A stretch of 64,000 bases of DNA from Octopus vulgaris (Eukaryota), in NCBI GenBank assembly GCA_951406725.2, contig OX597842.1, positions 7,502,001-7,566,000 on the forward strand, written 5' to 3'. A program made the position numbers and the translations under genes. The first letter of the stretch is position 1; each line of letters begins with the position of its first letter. Positions 12,633 through 24,835 of the stretch are shown one piece after another. The notes under the pieces are model-generated. The model was not told the origin of the DNA and searched no databases. It worked only from the letters and a program-made list of their open reading frames with translations.

Positions 12633-14306
12633 TTAAGCACTCTATAACTTTTTTTCCTTCTGGAATTTACTGAAATCTTTTGCAAATTTGCATTCCCCAG
12701 GGTGTTCATACTATTTTTACTTGTTTCAGTCATTTGACTGTGGCCATTGACACCACCTTTGGTCGAGCAAATTGACCCCCAGGACTTATTCTTTGTAAGC
12801 CTAGTACTTATTCTATCGGTCTCTTTTGCCGAACCACTAAGTTACGGGGACATAAACACACCAGCATCAAGACTACATTTTGCACTAAATGCCAATATGA
12901 GAGTTTCTCTCATGGTACCTACCGCAGTAGAGTTTGCTCTAACAGAACATCCACATTTAAGTGGGCATAAATGTTACCCCACAGTATTAACACTTCCTCT
13001 GTAGCTAATATATTTTTCTTTAGCAAGCTCACTGGCTAATTGTGATACCAGCGCCTGTTCTAGCATTGTTATTCTATATATCATTGGTGGGGAGATGAAT
13101 CGCTGCTATCTCTAGAGGTGGAGCATCCATCACTGATGAGACCAATGAAGGTTGAAATAATGTGATCTGGTGGTCTTGGCACCAGAGATAGCAGGGATTT
13201 ATCTCTCTACTAGAGTGCATTTGGTGTGTTATGCCACATCTGCTTGAGATCTATGCTATGGGCACACATGTCTGTGGAGTATCCAACCACTTGCAAGTTA
13301 AAAGTGGTTGGCATTAGGAAAAGAAACCATCTTCCATGCTGGCATGAGTTGGATGGCTTGACAGGAACTGGCCAGCCAGAGAGTTGTCCAGGACCCAACT
13401 GTCCATTCTGGCATGGTTTCTACAGCTGGATGCCCTTCCTGACATCAACCATTTTACAGGGCGGCATTAACACAGGTGTGTTTATGTTGGATGGTTTGAT
13501 AGGAGATGGTCAGTTGAAGAGGTGTCCAGGATTCAATTGTCTGTTTTGGCATAGTTTCTCTACATCTGGATGGCCCTTCCTAACACCAACCACTTCACAG
13601 AGTGTACTGGAAGCTTTTCACGTGGCACCGGCACATAAAATAAATAAACAAACAACAACAATAATAATAAAGATTTATTTGCCACAAGAGCCAACGACAA
13701 CATTACAATACACTGATGGTAGTGGTGGTTGTAGTAGTAGTAGCAGCAGCAGTAGCTAAGGGTGAGAGGGTGGGATAGTATGTTTTTTCTTGGTATTTTT
13801 TTTTTAATATTTACTTAAATTATAAGGAAAATCGGGATTGACAGCCAATGTGGTGGGGGTGGGGGAGACATGGTTCCCTCCCCCAGGACCCCTGCAATCC
13901 CTATTTACTCCTGCACGACACTGCATGGCACTGCATGTACCGCCACCACCAAGAACACCACCACCCCAACTACGACTGTTGTTCTACTGGTCAAAGGTCA
14001 AAGGTCAAACATAGATTGTGTGGAGAGGAGGAGGAGGAGGAGCAACAGGGAGGGAGGGAGGGAAATAAAGAACAAAATAACAAAAGACAGAGAGAGAGAC
14101 TATGTCAAGATTTGAACCCACAAACCTTTGCAGACTAACCCACAATTTCCCTTAACCCTCATTTGCTGCTCAGCTAAACGAAGCTAGAAGAGGGACTTTG
14201 TTCAGTTTCATTGAATGGAATGTTTTCATTTTGTGTAGATGTGTGTATGTGAGTGTGTGTGTATACATACATATATATACATACATTTTATTTATATATA
14301 TATATA

Positions 14307-14506
14307 TTCTTTTAATTGTTTCAGGCATTTGACTGTGGCCATACTGGAGTGCCACCTTCAGATGAGCAAATCGCCCCCAGGACTCATTCTTTGTAAACCT
14401 AGTACTTATTCTATTGGTCTCTTTTGCCGAACTGCTAAGTTAGGGGGACGTAAACACACCAACATTGGTTGTCAAGTGATGGCAGGGACACAAACACAGA
14501 CACACA

Positions 14507-14555
<49 letters not shown>

Positions 14556-14687
14556 GATGCGCTTCTTTCAGTTTCCGTCTACCAAATCCACTCACAAGGC
14601 TTTGGTCGGCCCGAGGCTATAGTAGAAGACACTTGCCCAAGGTGCCACACAGTGGGACTGAACCCAGAACCATGTGGTTGGTAAGCT
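14307..14687 (-). mobile_element. SINE family A
   Basis: Homology to other copies. Confidence 0.8.
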
Positions 14688-14832
14688 ATATTACTATTTG
14701 GCTTTAAAATAGCAGAAATAGCTTTAAGCTAGAGAAGTTCATAACAAAATTTCTTACTTCCCTTGTCATTTTAATTCATACATACGTATACACATACATA
14801 TATGGTGGTTGTCTGCATATATATATATAAAA

Positions 14833-14865
<33 letters not shown>

Positions 14866-15000
14866 TATATACATATATATATATATACATACAGACTTTA
14901 TATATATCTGCCTATATACATATATATATGTGACCTCGTGTGTACCATTGGCGATTTTTTTTCCTGTGTCTTCCCTTCTCTGAATCTTTCTTTCTCCTAT

Positions 15001-15035
15001 GTTTCTGACGAAGAGCTCCGCTCGAAACGTTAAAC
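15001..15035 (+). ncRNA. Minimal type-I hammerhead ribozyme (Penelope type)
   Basis: gttt-CTGACGA-a-gagc tcc gctc-GAAAC-GTT-aaac; palindromic AACGTT stem III. Confidence 0.75.
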
Positions 15036-15129
15036 CCTCCTTCTTTCCTGAGCGTCCAATAATACTATATTTGTTCCACGTCCTCGCGTTGTTGTTTCTT
15101 TTTGTGTTTTCTTGTTTGGATTAACTATG

Positions 15130-15195
<66 letters not shown>

Positions 15196-15969
15196 CTCAC
15201 ACACACACCTATACTTACAGCTATATATTATCTTTATGTCTGTATACATCAATTTGTGCATGTATATTTATACAAAGATACATGTATGAATCTGTGCCTC
15301 TGTGTGTGTGTGTGAGAGCAAGTGAGCGCCTGTATTTGTGTACGTGTATGTATTTGCATGTATGTGTGTGTTTGTGTGTGTATGTCGAGGGTGGGGGTTA
15401 CATGTGTCAAAGCCAACTATTCTGGCAAAATGAGAGAAACCCTAAGAAACAAGCTACGTAAGGACCCCTCCTTTTTTTTTATAAAATGAAAAACAAACAA
15501 ATCAACAAAAATATAATAAATAAATATTAGTGACTGTTTGGTGGTGGTCATGGCTGGAAGGCCTCTGTGCAACAGTCACTTTCACCCCAATCACTGACAC
15601 ACCCAACATGTCTGTAATCATATGTATGTGTATACATGGGAGTGCCTCAGGGACCCACGAGACATCGTACAAGGGTTCGGCAATTTTTTGAGGAACCTCA
15701 CAGAGGATTTGTTTAAAGTGATCGAATGTTTTTGTATGCATAAGCTCACTCCCTGCATCAAATGGGCATTACCTGTACAGGTGCCACATGTGAGGTGACG
15801 AAATGATCACAGAGCAACATGAAATGAAGTGTTTCGCTCAAGAATACAACACAAAGCTTGGTCTGGGAATTGAAACCACGTCACAATCGTGAGAACAACA
15901 CTCTAACCACTAAGCCATGTGACCATGTGTATGTGTGTGTATATATATATATATATATAATGTATATAA

Positions 15970-16001
<32 letters not shown>

Positions 16002-16098
16002 ATATATATATATATAGGTATGTGTGTATGTGTATGGATATGTATATGTGTGTGTGTGTGTGTGTGTGCATATATATATATATATATAATGTATATAA

Positions 16099-16130
<32 letters not shown>

Positions 16131-16173
16131 ATATATATATATAGGTATGTGTGTATGTGTATGGATATGTATA

Positions 16174-16215
<42 letters not shown>

Positions 16216-16589
16216 CATACACACAGAGAGAGAAAGAAACAGACAGACACAGTGTGTATGTGCATGCACACATACATACATACACACAGATATGTACACA
16301 TATATACATAGATATGTACATATACACACATGCACACAAATATACGCACACACATATATGCATACACACAGATATACAAACACACACATACATACTTACA
16401 CACACACACACATATATATATATATACACATACATACATACATATATATATATATAACTCAAACACACACATGCACAGTTTAAATGCAGATCCATACGAA
16501 TGAAGACACAAACATTGAAACTCACAGTAGCCACACCATTAATCACCAGCTTCAAATGTGTGTGTGTGTGTGTGTGTGCATCTTTTTTC

Positions 16590-16845
16590 CCTTTGCTTTA
16601 TTTCAGTTTTCTGGCTGCGGCCAAGCTGGGGCACCGCCTTGAAGAATTTTTAGCCAAACTAATCAACCTCAGTACTTACTTTCTTTCTAAGCCTGGTACT
16701 TATTTTATTTTATTGATCTCTTTTGCCGAACTGCTAGGTAATGGGGATGTAAACAAACCAACGCTGGTTGTTGAGCAATGGTGGGGGACAAACACAGACA
16801 CACACATGCATTATATATATATATATGTATGTATGTATATGTCTG

Positions 16846-16940
<95 letters not shown>

Positions 16941-17150
16941 ATGTCTGTGCATATATATATATATATATGTCTGTATATATATATATGATGGGCTTTTTTC
17001 AGTTTCTGTCAGCCAAATCCACTCACAAGGTTTTTTTCAGCTCAAGACTATAATAGAAAACACTTGTCCCAAGATGCCATACAGTGGGACTGAACCCAGA
17101 ACCATGTTGTTGAGAAGCAAACTTCTTACCACACAGCCATGATTATGCCT
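16590..17150 (-). mobile_element. SINE family A, diverged
   Basis: Homology to other copies. Confidence 0.7.
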
Positions 17151-17662
17151 ATATATATATATATATGATTAAGGGCCTGCTGTCAGACATGAACAAATAG
17201 GGTTTGCTATTATGGTTTTGCCAATTGTTTTAGGTACTTGTGTAGTAGTGAACGAACATTAGACACTGTCTTGGTTTCTCACCCTTCAGGGGCACATACA
17301 GGATGTAACAGGCGGAAGGAGAGAGAGCTGGACCTAGTAGTCACCTGGTACTCCTTTTCACCTCAGCAGACTGGAAGAATGTGAAATGAAATGCCTGGCT
17401 CAAGGACTCAGTATGCTGCCCAGTCCAAGAATCGAACCGACAATGTTGTGATCACAAGGTTAACACCCTAACCACTAAACCACATTCGTTCACATTATAT
17501 ATATATATATATATATATACAGACACACACACACATACGTATACATACATTTACACATGCCCATATATAGATGCGCACACATACATATATACACATGCAC
17601 ACATACATATACACACACACATACATATACACATACTACATATACACACACACATAATATAA

Positions 17663-17712
<50 letters not shown>

Positions 17713-17744
17713 TTTATTTAAAGCAGCAGAAAATTCAACAAAAC

Positions 17745-17782
17745 CTGTTACTCTGAGTTTCCCGTTGCCGTTCATCGGACAG
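17745..17782 (-). ncRNA. Hammerhead ribozyme, left arm of palindrome
   Basis: ctgt-CCGATGA-a-cg gcaa cg-g-GAAACTC a GAGTA-acag. Confidence 0.65.
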
Positions 17783-17798
17783 TTTTTGCTAGCAAAAA

Positions 17799-17837
17799 CT
17801 GTCCGATGAACGGCAACAGGAAACTCAAGAGTAACAG
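17799..17837 (+). ncRNA. Hammerhead ribozyme, right arm of palindrome
   Basis: ctgt-CCGATGA...GAAACTC aa GAGTA-acag; stem II mutated. Confidence 0.55.
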
Positions 17838-17939
17838 GTTTTGTTGAATTTTCTGCTGCTTTAAATAAAGCATATTACTCTACCGCTGGTATTTGAGTAC
17901 TCTTTTTTCCACCTTGTTTCACATTTATGTGTTTACTCC

Positions 17940-17985
<46 letters not shown>

Positions 17986-18245
17986 AACAAAATGACAAAA
18001 AAGAAACACTGCTGATGTATCATTGGTGATGTTTTCCATCATTCCTTCCAACATATTTTGCTCTTTTCATCCATTATAGCCAAAACTTACAATGGATGCA
18101 ACACTGTACATGGTTATGAATTCATACAAGTGAATTTAGGAGTTAACTGCAATAAATTACATTCAGCTCTAATACAATCAGTTATTTACTGTGCATACAA
18201 AGCACGTCGTAACATTTTACAGACACATACATACATGTGCATGTG

Positions 18246-18276
<31 letters not shown>

Positions 18277-18775
18277 TTCCATATATCATTTTATTTATTT
18301 CATATTTATTACACTAGTATGTATGTACATTTAAATACTGGCATATGATTACGAGATCAAATGTGTTTTCAGCTAGTTAAAATGGAACGATATTGTTTAA
18401 TTACTATTTCTGTCTCTAAATCTTTGACATATTTTGTGGAGAAATTATTTTAACTATTATGAATTGAGTTTGTTCTGAATGTGTGAATCACAAAGAAATG
18501 CTCTGAAATAATTTTGCAGTGTTTACAGATTCAAAATAAACTATTTTAGTTTCTGAAGAGCTTTTAGAATTAGTGAAAGCAGAGATTCTTTACTGAAATA
18601 ATTTTTCTGTAAAATATAACTATATGTGTGTGCATGTAAGGACATATATATGTAAGAGTGTTTGCACATGAGTTTGAGTGTAAGTATGAAAATGTTTGTG
18701 TATATATATATGTGTTAATGTATGTATATATGTATGTATAGATATACATATATACACACATACACACCCTCATTA

Positions 18776-18839
18776 CTAGACTCTCTGAATCTCAAAAAGT
18801 TTCACGTCAGTGTCATACCATATTGGTGGATCAACATTC
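18776..18839 (-). CDS. HID1: HID1 last coding exon (RNVDPPIWYDTDVKLFEIQRV*)
   Basis: Matches the human C-terminus NVDPPVWYDTDVKLFEIQRV; cag acceptor; stop TAG. Confidence 0.96.
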
Positions 18840-18949
18840 CTGTAAAGAAAAATAGTTTTAAAAATTAGGAATTTAATTATTTAATTACACTGCAATACTA
18901 ATGGCATTTTTTTTTTTACTAATTACAAATTAGGCTCAACATTTTTCTT

Positions 18950-19172
18950 CTAACAACATTATTATGATTATCATCATCATCACCATTATCATCATCATCA
19001 TCATTACCATTATCATCATCACTGCCACTGTTATCATCATCATCACCATTACCTTTATTATCATCATCATTACCATTATCATCATCACCATTATTATTGT
19101 TATAATCATTATCATCATCACTATCATTACCAACATAATGATTATCATCACCATTATTATTATTATTACTAT
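18950..19172. repeat. (CAT/ATT)n microsatellite
   Basis: Direct reading. Confidence 0.9.
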
Positions 19173-19675
19173 TGAGTGAGAGAGCAGTGCATGCCATCAA
19201 AGTGACACTGGGGTAAACTATACTAAGCCCAGTATACCCATCATGACTACCCATCTGATAAGGGTACACTAGGCACATGCATCACAACCATATGTGCACG
19301 ACATGATGATCTCATATCAAGATAAACAGCGCATGACCTTGCAGGTGGGACCCAATTAAAATTTTCTTCTGGCCAAGTAGCCCATCCCTCTCAAAAGGTC
19401 CCTGAATAAGGGTTGTTTAAGGATGTTGAACGAACCACCCATGTTTCCAAAGGTGAATTATCCAAACCTCTAAGAATCCCTCTCAACACATGGCTATGAT
19501 GATCCCCCACTACTTCTGCTCATGGTCAGAGATGCACATATCGTCAGCCACTAAGGGACATGGTCAACTGGTTAAGGTCAAACAACTGACAAGCAAATCT
19601 GTGGTATTGAGCAGAATATTTGCTGTAGCCCATCTTTTATACCATGACAAAACTATGTACATGATAACACTTCCA

Positions 19676-19711
<36 letters not shown>

Positions 19712-20217
19712 GAGTGAGAGAGCAGTTCATGCCATCAAAGTGACACTGGGGTAAAATATACGAAGCCCAATATACCCATCATGACTACCCGTCTGATAAG
19801 GGTACACCAGGCACATGCATCACAACCACATGTGTGCAACATGGTGATCTCATATCAAGATAAACAGCACATGACCGTGCAGGTGGGGCCCAATTAGAAT
19901 TTTCTTCTGGTTGAGTAACCCATCCTGCTCAAAAGGTCCCTGAATAAAGATTGTTTAAGGATGTTGAACGAAACAACCATGTTTCCAAAGGTGAATTATC
20001 CAAACCCCAAAGAATCCCTCTCAACACACAGCTATGATGCTCCCCCACTATTTCTGCTCGTGATCAGAGATGGACATATCGTCAGCCACTAAGGGACATG
20101 GTCAACTGGTTAAGGTCAGACAACTGACAAGCAAATCTGTGGTATTGAGCAGAATATTTGCTGTAGCTCATCTTTTATACCAAGACAAAACAATGTACAT
20201 GATAACACTTCCAATTA
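19173..20217 (+). mobile_element. Tandem dimer of an unclassified ~510-bp interspersed repeat flanked by (ATT)n
   Basis: Two copies here; inverted copies at 37081-37638 and 43621-44105. Confidence 0.8.
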
Positions 20218-20219
20218 GC

Positions 20220-20252
<33 letters not shown>

Positions 20253-20287
20253 CCCTCAACAACAACATTAAGCAGCAATAAACTCAC

Positions 20288-20703
20288 CTGAGATAGATCA
20301 CACCCCACAAGTAAGTTCGGAACCACATTGTCGTTCCACTGTTTGCTTGGTACTTTCGGATAAGAATTGGGTGTGGCACGGGTAGCAAACCGACTAGGGT
20401 ACCATGTTGGAGAAACTTCAAGATCTCACTCTCATCCTTCAGGCCCTTGTCGATGCAAATCTTCTCCACCTGGGGTACGAGTACTTGCAGCATGCGCATA
20501 ATGGTCTGCAAGGGTAGCTTCTGTTTCCAGCTGGACACCCAGTCGGGTGTGGCCACCCATGGAGCAGCTGAACCCATTGACGACCCGGTCCTCAGTAAGT
20601 GAGGTGGAGGAGGAGGAGGACTGCTACTTGAGAGCCCTCCCCTACCGACGCCAACACCATCACCACCAGCAGAGGTCAGACTTTCTGGAGAGAGGGAGCA
20701 AGG
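20288..20703 (-). CDS. HID1: HID1 exon (PCSLSPES...WKQKLPLQTIMRMLQVLVPQVEKICIDKG...WGVIYL)
   Basis: Open frame from the cag acceptor (first exon base 20703) into the conserved C-terminal block; gtgagt donor; 416 nt. Confidence 0.93.
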
Positions 20704-20777
20704 CTGAAAATATAAAACATAGTGATGGAGAAAAAAAGATCAGAGAACATACAAAGAAAGCAGATATAACATTATCA

Positions 20778-21240
20778 TTCATCATCATCATCTAACGTCC
20801 GCTTTCCATGCTGGCATGGGTTGGACGATTTGACTGAGGTCTGGCGAATCAGATGGCTGCACCAGGCTTCAATCTTGATTTGGCAGAGTTTCTACAGTTG
20901 GATGCCCTTCCTAACGCCAACCACTGCGAGAGTGTAGTGGGTGCTTTTACATGCCACTGGCACGAGGGCCAGTCAGGCGGTACTGGCAATGGCCATGCTC
21001 AAATGGTGCTTTTTATGTGCCACCTGCACAGGAGCCAGTCCAGTGGCACTGGCAACGACCTCGCTCGAATGTTGTTTCACGTGTCACCAGCACAAGTACT
21101 AGTAGGCGATGCAGGTAACGATCACGCTCGAATGGTGTTTTTAACGTGCCATCAGCTCAAAAGCCGGCTTGTTGCTCTGGCAACGATCTCACTCATATGG
21201 TACCCTTAGCGCTCCACTAGCACAGATGCCAGTCATCGAA
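20778..21240 (-). mobile_element. RTE-LINE 3'UTR copy, diverged subfamily
   Basis: (CAT)n tail, terminal block and tandem units. Confidence 0.75.
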
Positions 21241-21396
21241 TTTGATTTCTTCTTCTTATTATTATTATCATCATTCTTCTACTTCTTATTATTATCATCA
21301 TCATTATTCTTATTATTATTATTACCATCATCATCATAATTATTCTTATTATTATTATTACCATCATCATTCTTCTTCTTATTATTATTATTATCA

Positions 21397-22075
21397 TGAC
21401 CGAGACCTATGGAAGTATGCTGTGCGTGAGAAGACCCGGCAAGACTAGTGAAGCCATAATCCGTGGCCCCTACCTGGGACGTAGTCAGTCCACCTGTGCA
21501 TACCTTCCTTCTTGTGACACTTGTGAAGACCTGTTGAGGCAAGTGAGAATCGAATCGTATCGAATCAAATCGAACCAAATCAAAATAGATGAACATCAAT
21601 GGAATTTGTATCCTTGTGGTACCAGTGCCGGTGGCACATAAGAAAACCATCCGAACGTGACCGTAGCTAGTACCGCAATGACTGGCCTCCGTGCTGAGGG
21701 CACGTAACAAACACCATCCGAGCGTGGCCGTCCGCCAGCCTCGTCTGGCACCTGTGTCGGTGACACATAAGAAAACACCATCCGAGCGTGGCCGTCTGCC
21801 AGCCTCGTCTGGCACCTGTGTCGGTGGCACATAAAAACACCATCCGAGCGTGGCCGTCTGCCAGCCTCGTCTGGCACCTGTGTCGGTGGCACATAAAATC
21901 ACCCACTACACTCTCGGAGTGGTTGGCGTTAGGAAGGGCATCCAGCTGTAGAAACACTGCCACATCTGACTAGCCTGGTGCAGCCTTCGGGCTTCCCAGA
22001 CCCCAGTTGAACCGTCCAACCCATGCTAGCATGGAAAGCGGACGTTAAACGATGATGATGATGATGATGATGATC
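21397..22075 (+). mobile_element. RTE-LINE 3' end (DRDLWKYAVREKTRQD*, 3'UTR units, (GAT)n tail)
   Basis: Same ORF end as at 49210-49263. Confidence 0.85.
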
Positions 22076-22667
22076 ATTATTATTAAGGTGGTGAGCTGAC
22101 AAAATCGTTATCGTGCTGGATAAAATGCTCAGTGGTATTTCACCTATTGCCATGTCCTGAAATCAAATTCCACAGAGGTCAACGTTGCCTTTCATCCTTT
22201 CAGGGTCAATAAAATAAGTATTGAGCACTGGGGACGATGTGATCAACTAGCCCCCTTCTCTCAAATTCCAGGCCTTGTGCCTACGGTAGTAAGGATTATT
22301 ATTATCTCTATATATATAAAACTGAGAATATGTCTGTCTGTCAGTCTGTGTGTTTCCCTAAAACTTGAGAACTACACAACCAATTTCATTCAAATTTTAC
22401 ACATGCCTTACTTAAGGTCCGGGGAGTGTCATCTTAACTTTTTCCCTAGGGCGACCCCACAGCAATATCATATCTTCTCCACTATTTCAGTATTACGTGT
22501 TAAAAGTGAAACAAAAACATCTCTCTTTTGTAATGCAAACACTTTCACTTTAATACTGAAACTATTAAACTGAAAGTATTATATAACAGGGATGAACCAT
22601 TAACAATGGTCATCCATTTTGCTAGAAGATCCGCTATGGTCTTATATGCTATCAGAATGATGTAGCT

Positions 22668-22710
22668 GCCTCTGATGAGACCCCAATAAGGTTCGAAAAT
22701 TGATTAAGGT
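22668..22710 (+). ncRNA. Type-I hammerhead ribozyme
   Basis: gcct-CTGATGA-gacc..ggttc-GAAA-attgat-TA-aggt. Confidence 0.6.
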
Positions 22711-22778
22711 TGTTCATCATTTTTTTCAGTCTGCAGAGAAATGGCTAAAATTTGAACTGTTTATAATTATATCACATG

Positions 22779-22808
<30 letters not shown>

Positions 22809-22811
<3 letters not shown>

Positions 22812-22959
22812 CACAGGCATGACTGTGTGGTAAAAAGCTTGCTTACCAACCATATGGTTCTAAGTTCAGTCCCACCTTGGGCAAATGTCTTGTACTATAA
22901 GCCTTGAGTCAAGGAAGGCCTTGTGAGTGGATTTGGTAGACAGAAACTGAAAGAAGCCA

Positions 22960-22991
<32 letters not shown>

Positions 22992-23203
22992 CCATGTGTC
23001 TGTATTTGTCTCCTCATCACCGCTTGACAACCGGTGCTCTTGTGTTTACATCCCCATAACTTAGCACTTCAGCAAATGAAACTGATGGAATAAGTATGAA
23101 GCTTTAAAAAGAAGTCAGGGGTTGATCTGTTTGATTAAAATTTTTCCATGTGGTGCTCCAGCATGGCCACAGTCAAATGACAAACAAATAGAAGAATACA
23201 AAG
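22809..23203 (+). mobile_element. SINE family A, diverged, ending about 10 nt from an exon donor
   Basis: Homology to other copies. Confidence 0.7.
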
Positions 23204-23213
23204 ACATACTTAC

Positions 23214-23524
23214 AAACATGCTGGGTTTGTTCAGAGTGGAGCCATCGGAAGCAATTCCGAGGCTGGCGATTCCCATGTCCTCCTCTTCTGCATCCTCCTC
23301 CTCCTCGTCCTCGCTCTCCACGTCTCTCCTCTCTGCCACCTGCTCACGACCTTCCACCTCTTCCGCCTCCTCCTCCTCTTCTTCCTCGTCTTCTTCAGTG
23401 GGATTCTGAATGTTGTTCGCCGGCTGAACGTTGTGCATCGTGGCAGCCCCGCTGGCCAGGTCTTTGAGAGTGGGTTGGTGATGGCCCTCATCAGGGGCAG
23501 ATTTCTCAGTCATATTGTCAAGAC
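23214..23524 (-). CDS. HID1: HID1 exon with acidic low-complexity insert (RLDNMTEKS...EEDEEEEEEE...NKPSMF)
   Basis: LDNMTEKS resembles human IDKLTEKS; cag/gtaagt; phase 1 to 0 fits both neighbours; 311 nt. Confidence 0.85.
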
Positions 23525-23589
23525 CTGCACAACAACAACAACAACAATAACATTAATAGCAGCAACAACAACTACAGCCACTGACACTA

Positions 23590-24520
23590 TCTACCATACA
23601 TCAGATATTGTACTCCTAGATACACTATGTCTGAATAAAAAATGGGATGGTCACAGTTTGAACACCTTTGATCAAAGGTCTGGTAGATCAGGACTGACCT
23701 AGGGCTAAACAACAACTATGGCTACTAATATACTATACATTAGATAATGTAGTCCTAGATACACTATGTGTGAATATAAGATGAGATGGTCACAGCTGGA
23801 ACACCTTTGATCACAGGTCTGACCTGGGGCTAAATATACTATACATTAGATAATGTAGTCCTAGATACACTATGTGTGAATATAAGATGGGATGGTCACA
23901 GCTGGAATACCTTTGATCACAGGTCTGGTAGATCAGGACTGACCTGGGGCTAAACAACAACTATGGCTACTAATATACTATACATTAGATAATGTAGTCC
24001 TAGATACACTATGTTTGAATAAAAAATGGGATGGCCACAGCTGGAATATTTTTGATCATAGGTCTGGTAGATCAGGACTGACCTGGGGCTAAACAACAAC
24101 TATGGCTACTAATATACTATACATTAGATAATGTAGTCCTAGATACACTATGTCTATGTTAGAAATGTTAGGGTGGTCACAGCAGGAACATCTTTGATTA
24201 TAAGTCTGCTGGATCAAGACTGACCCGGGGCTAAACAAATATAGCCACAAATACTAGCTACTAATATAATACATTAAATAATGTAGTCCTAGATAAACAT
24301 GTCTGTGTATAAAAGCTGGTATGGTCATAACTTGAACATCTTTGATCATAGGCTACTGGATCAGGACTGACCTAGGGCTAAATAACAGAACTACTATACT
24401 GTACATTAGCTAATGTAGTCCTAGATATACTATGTCTGAATAAAACAGATGGTCACAGCTGGAACATCTTTGATTATAGGCTACTGGATCAGGACTGACC
24501 TGTGGCTAAACAACAACAAC
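23590..24520 (+). repeat. Tandem array of ~140-bp units (about 7 copies)
   Basis: Unit contains ataatgtagtcctagatacactatg...ggtcacagctggaa...gactgacctggggctaaac; one period measured at 139. Confidence 0.9.
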
Positions 24521-24524
24521 TGTG

Positions 24525-24835
24525 TGGAGGCACATGGCCTAGTGGTTAAAGCAGCTGACTCACGGTCAAGGGATCGCAGGTTCGAATCTCAGCCCAGGTG
24601 ATGTGTGTGTTTATGAGCGAAACACCTAAGCTCCACTCGGCTCCGGCAGAAGGTAATGGTGAACTTCTGCTGACTCTTACGCCACAACTTTCTCTCACTC
24701 TTTCCTCCTGCATCTTGCAGCTCACCTGCGACAGACCAGCGTCCTGTCCAGGTGGGGAACCTATACGCCAAGGAAACCGGGAAACCGGCCCTTATGAACC
24801 AGGCATGGCTCGAGAAGGAACAAGCAAAACAACAA
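24525..24835 (+). mobile_element. tRNA-derived SINE family B (also 26698-27000, 27242-27590, 48480-48750 minus, 60140-60527 minus, 61347-61650, 61674-61945)
   Basis: tggcctagtggtt A-box and ggttcgaatc B-box followed by a shared body. Confidence 0.8.

Noticed and set aside
13129-13166. Active hammerhead (CTGATGA...GAAA)
   Set aside because: The cleavage position would be G and stem III is broken; counted only as a decayed copy.
10890-17150. Many YI/CV/HT-rich ORFs
   Set aside because: Translations of (TA)n and (CA)n microsatellites and SINEs.
24525-24600. tRNA genes at SINE heads (also 26698, 27242, 61347, 61674)
   Set aside because: The A/B boxes continue into a shared SINE body with no proper acceptor stem.
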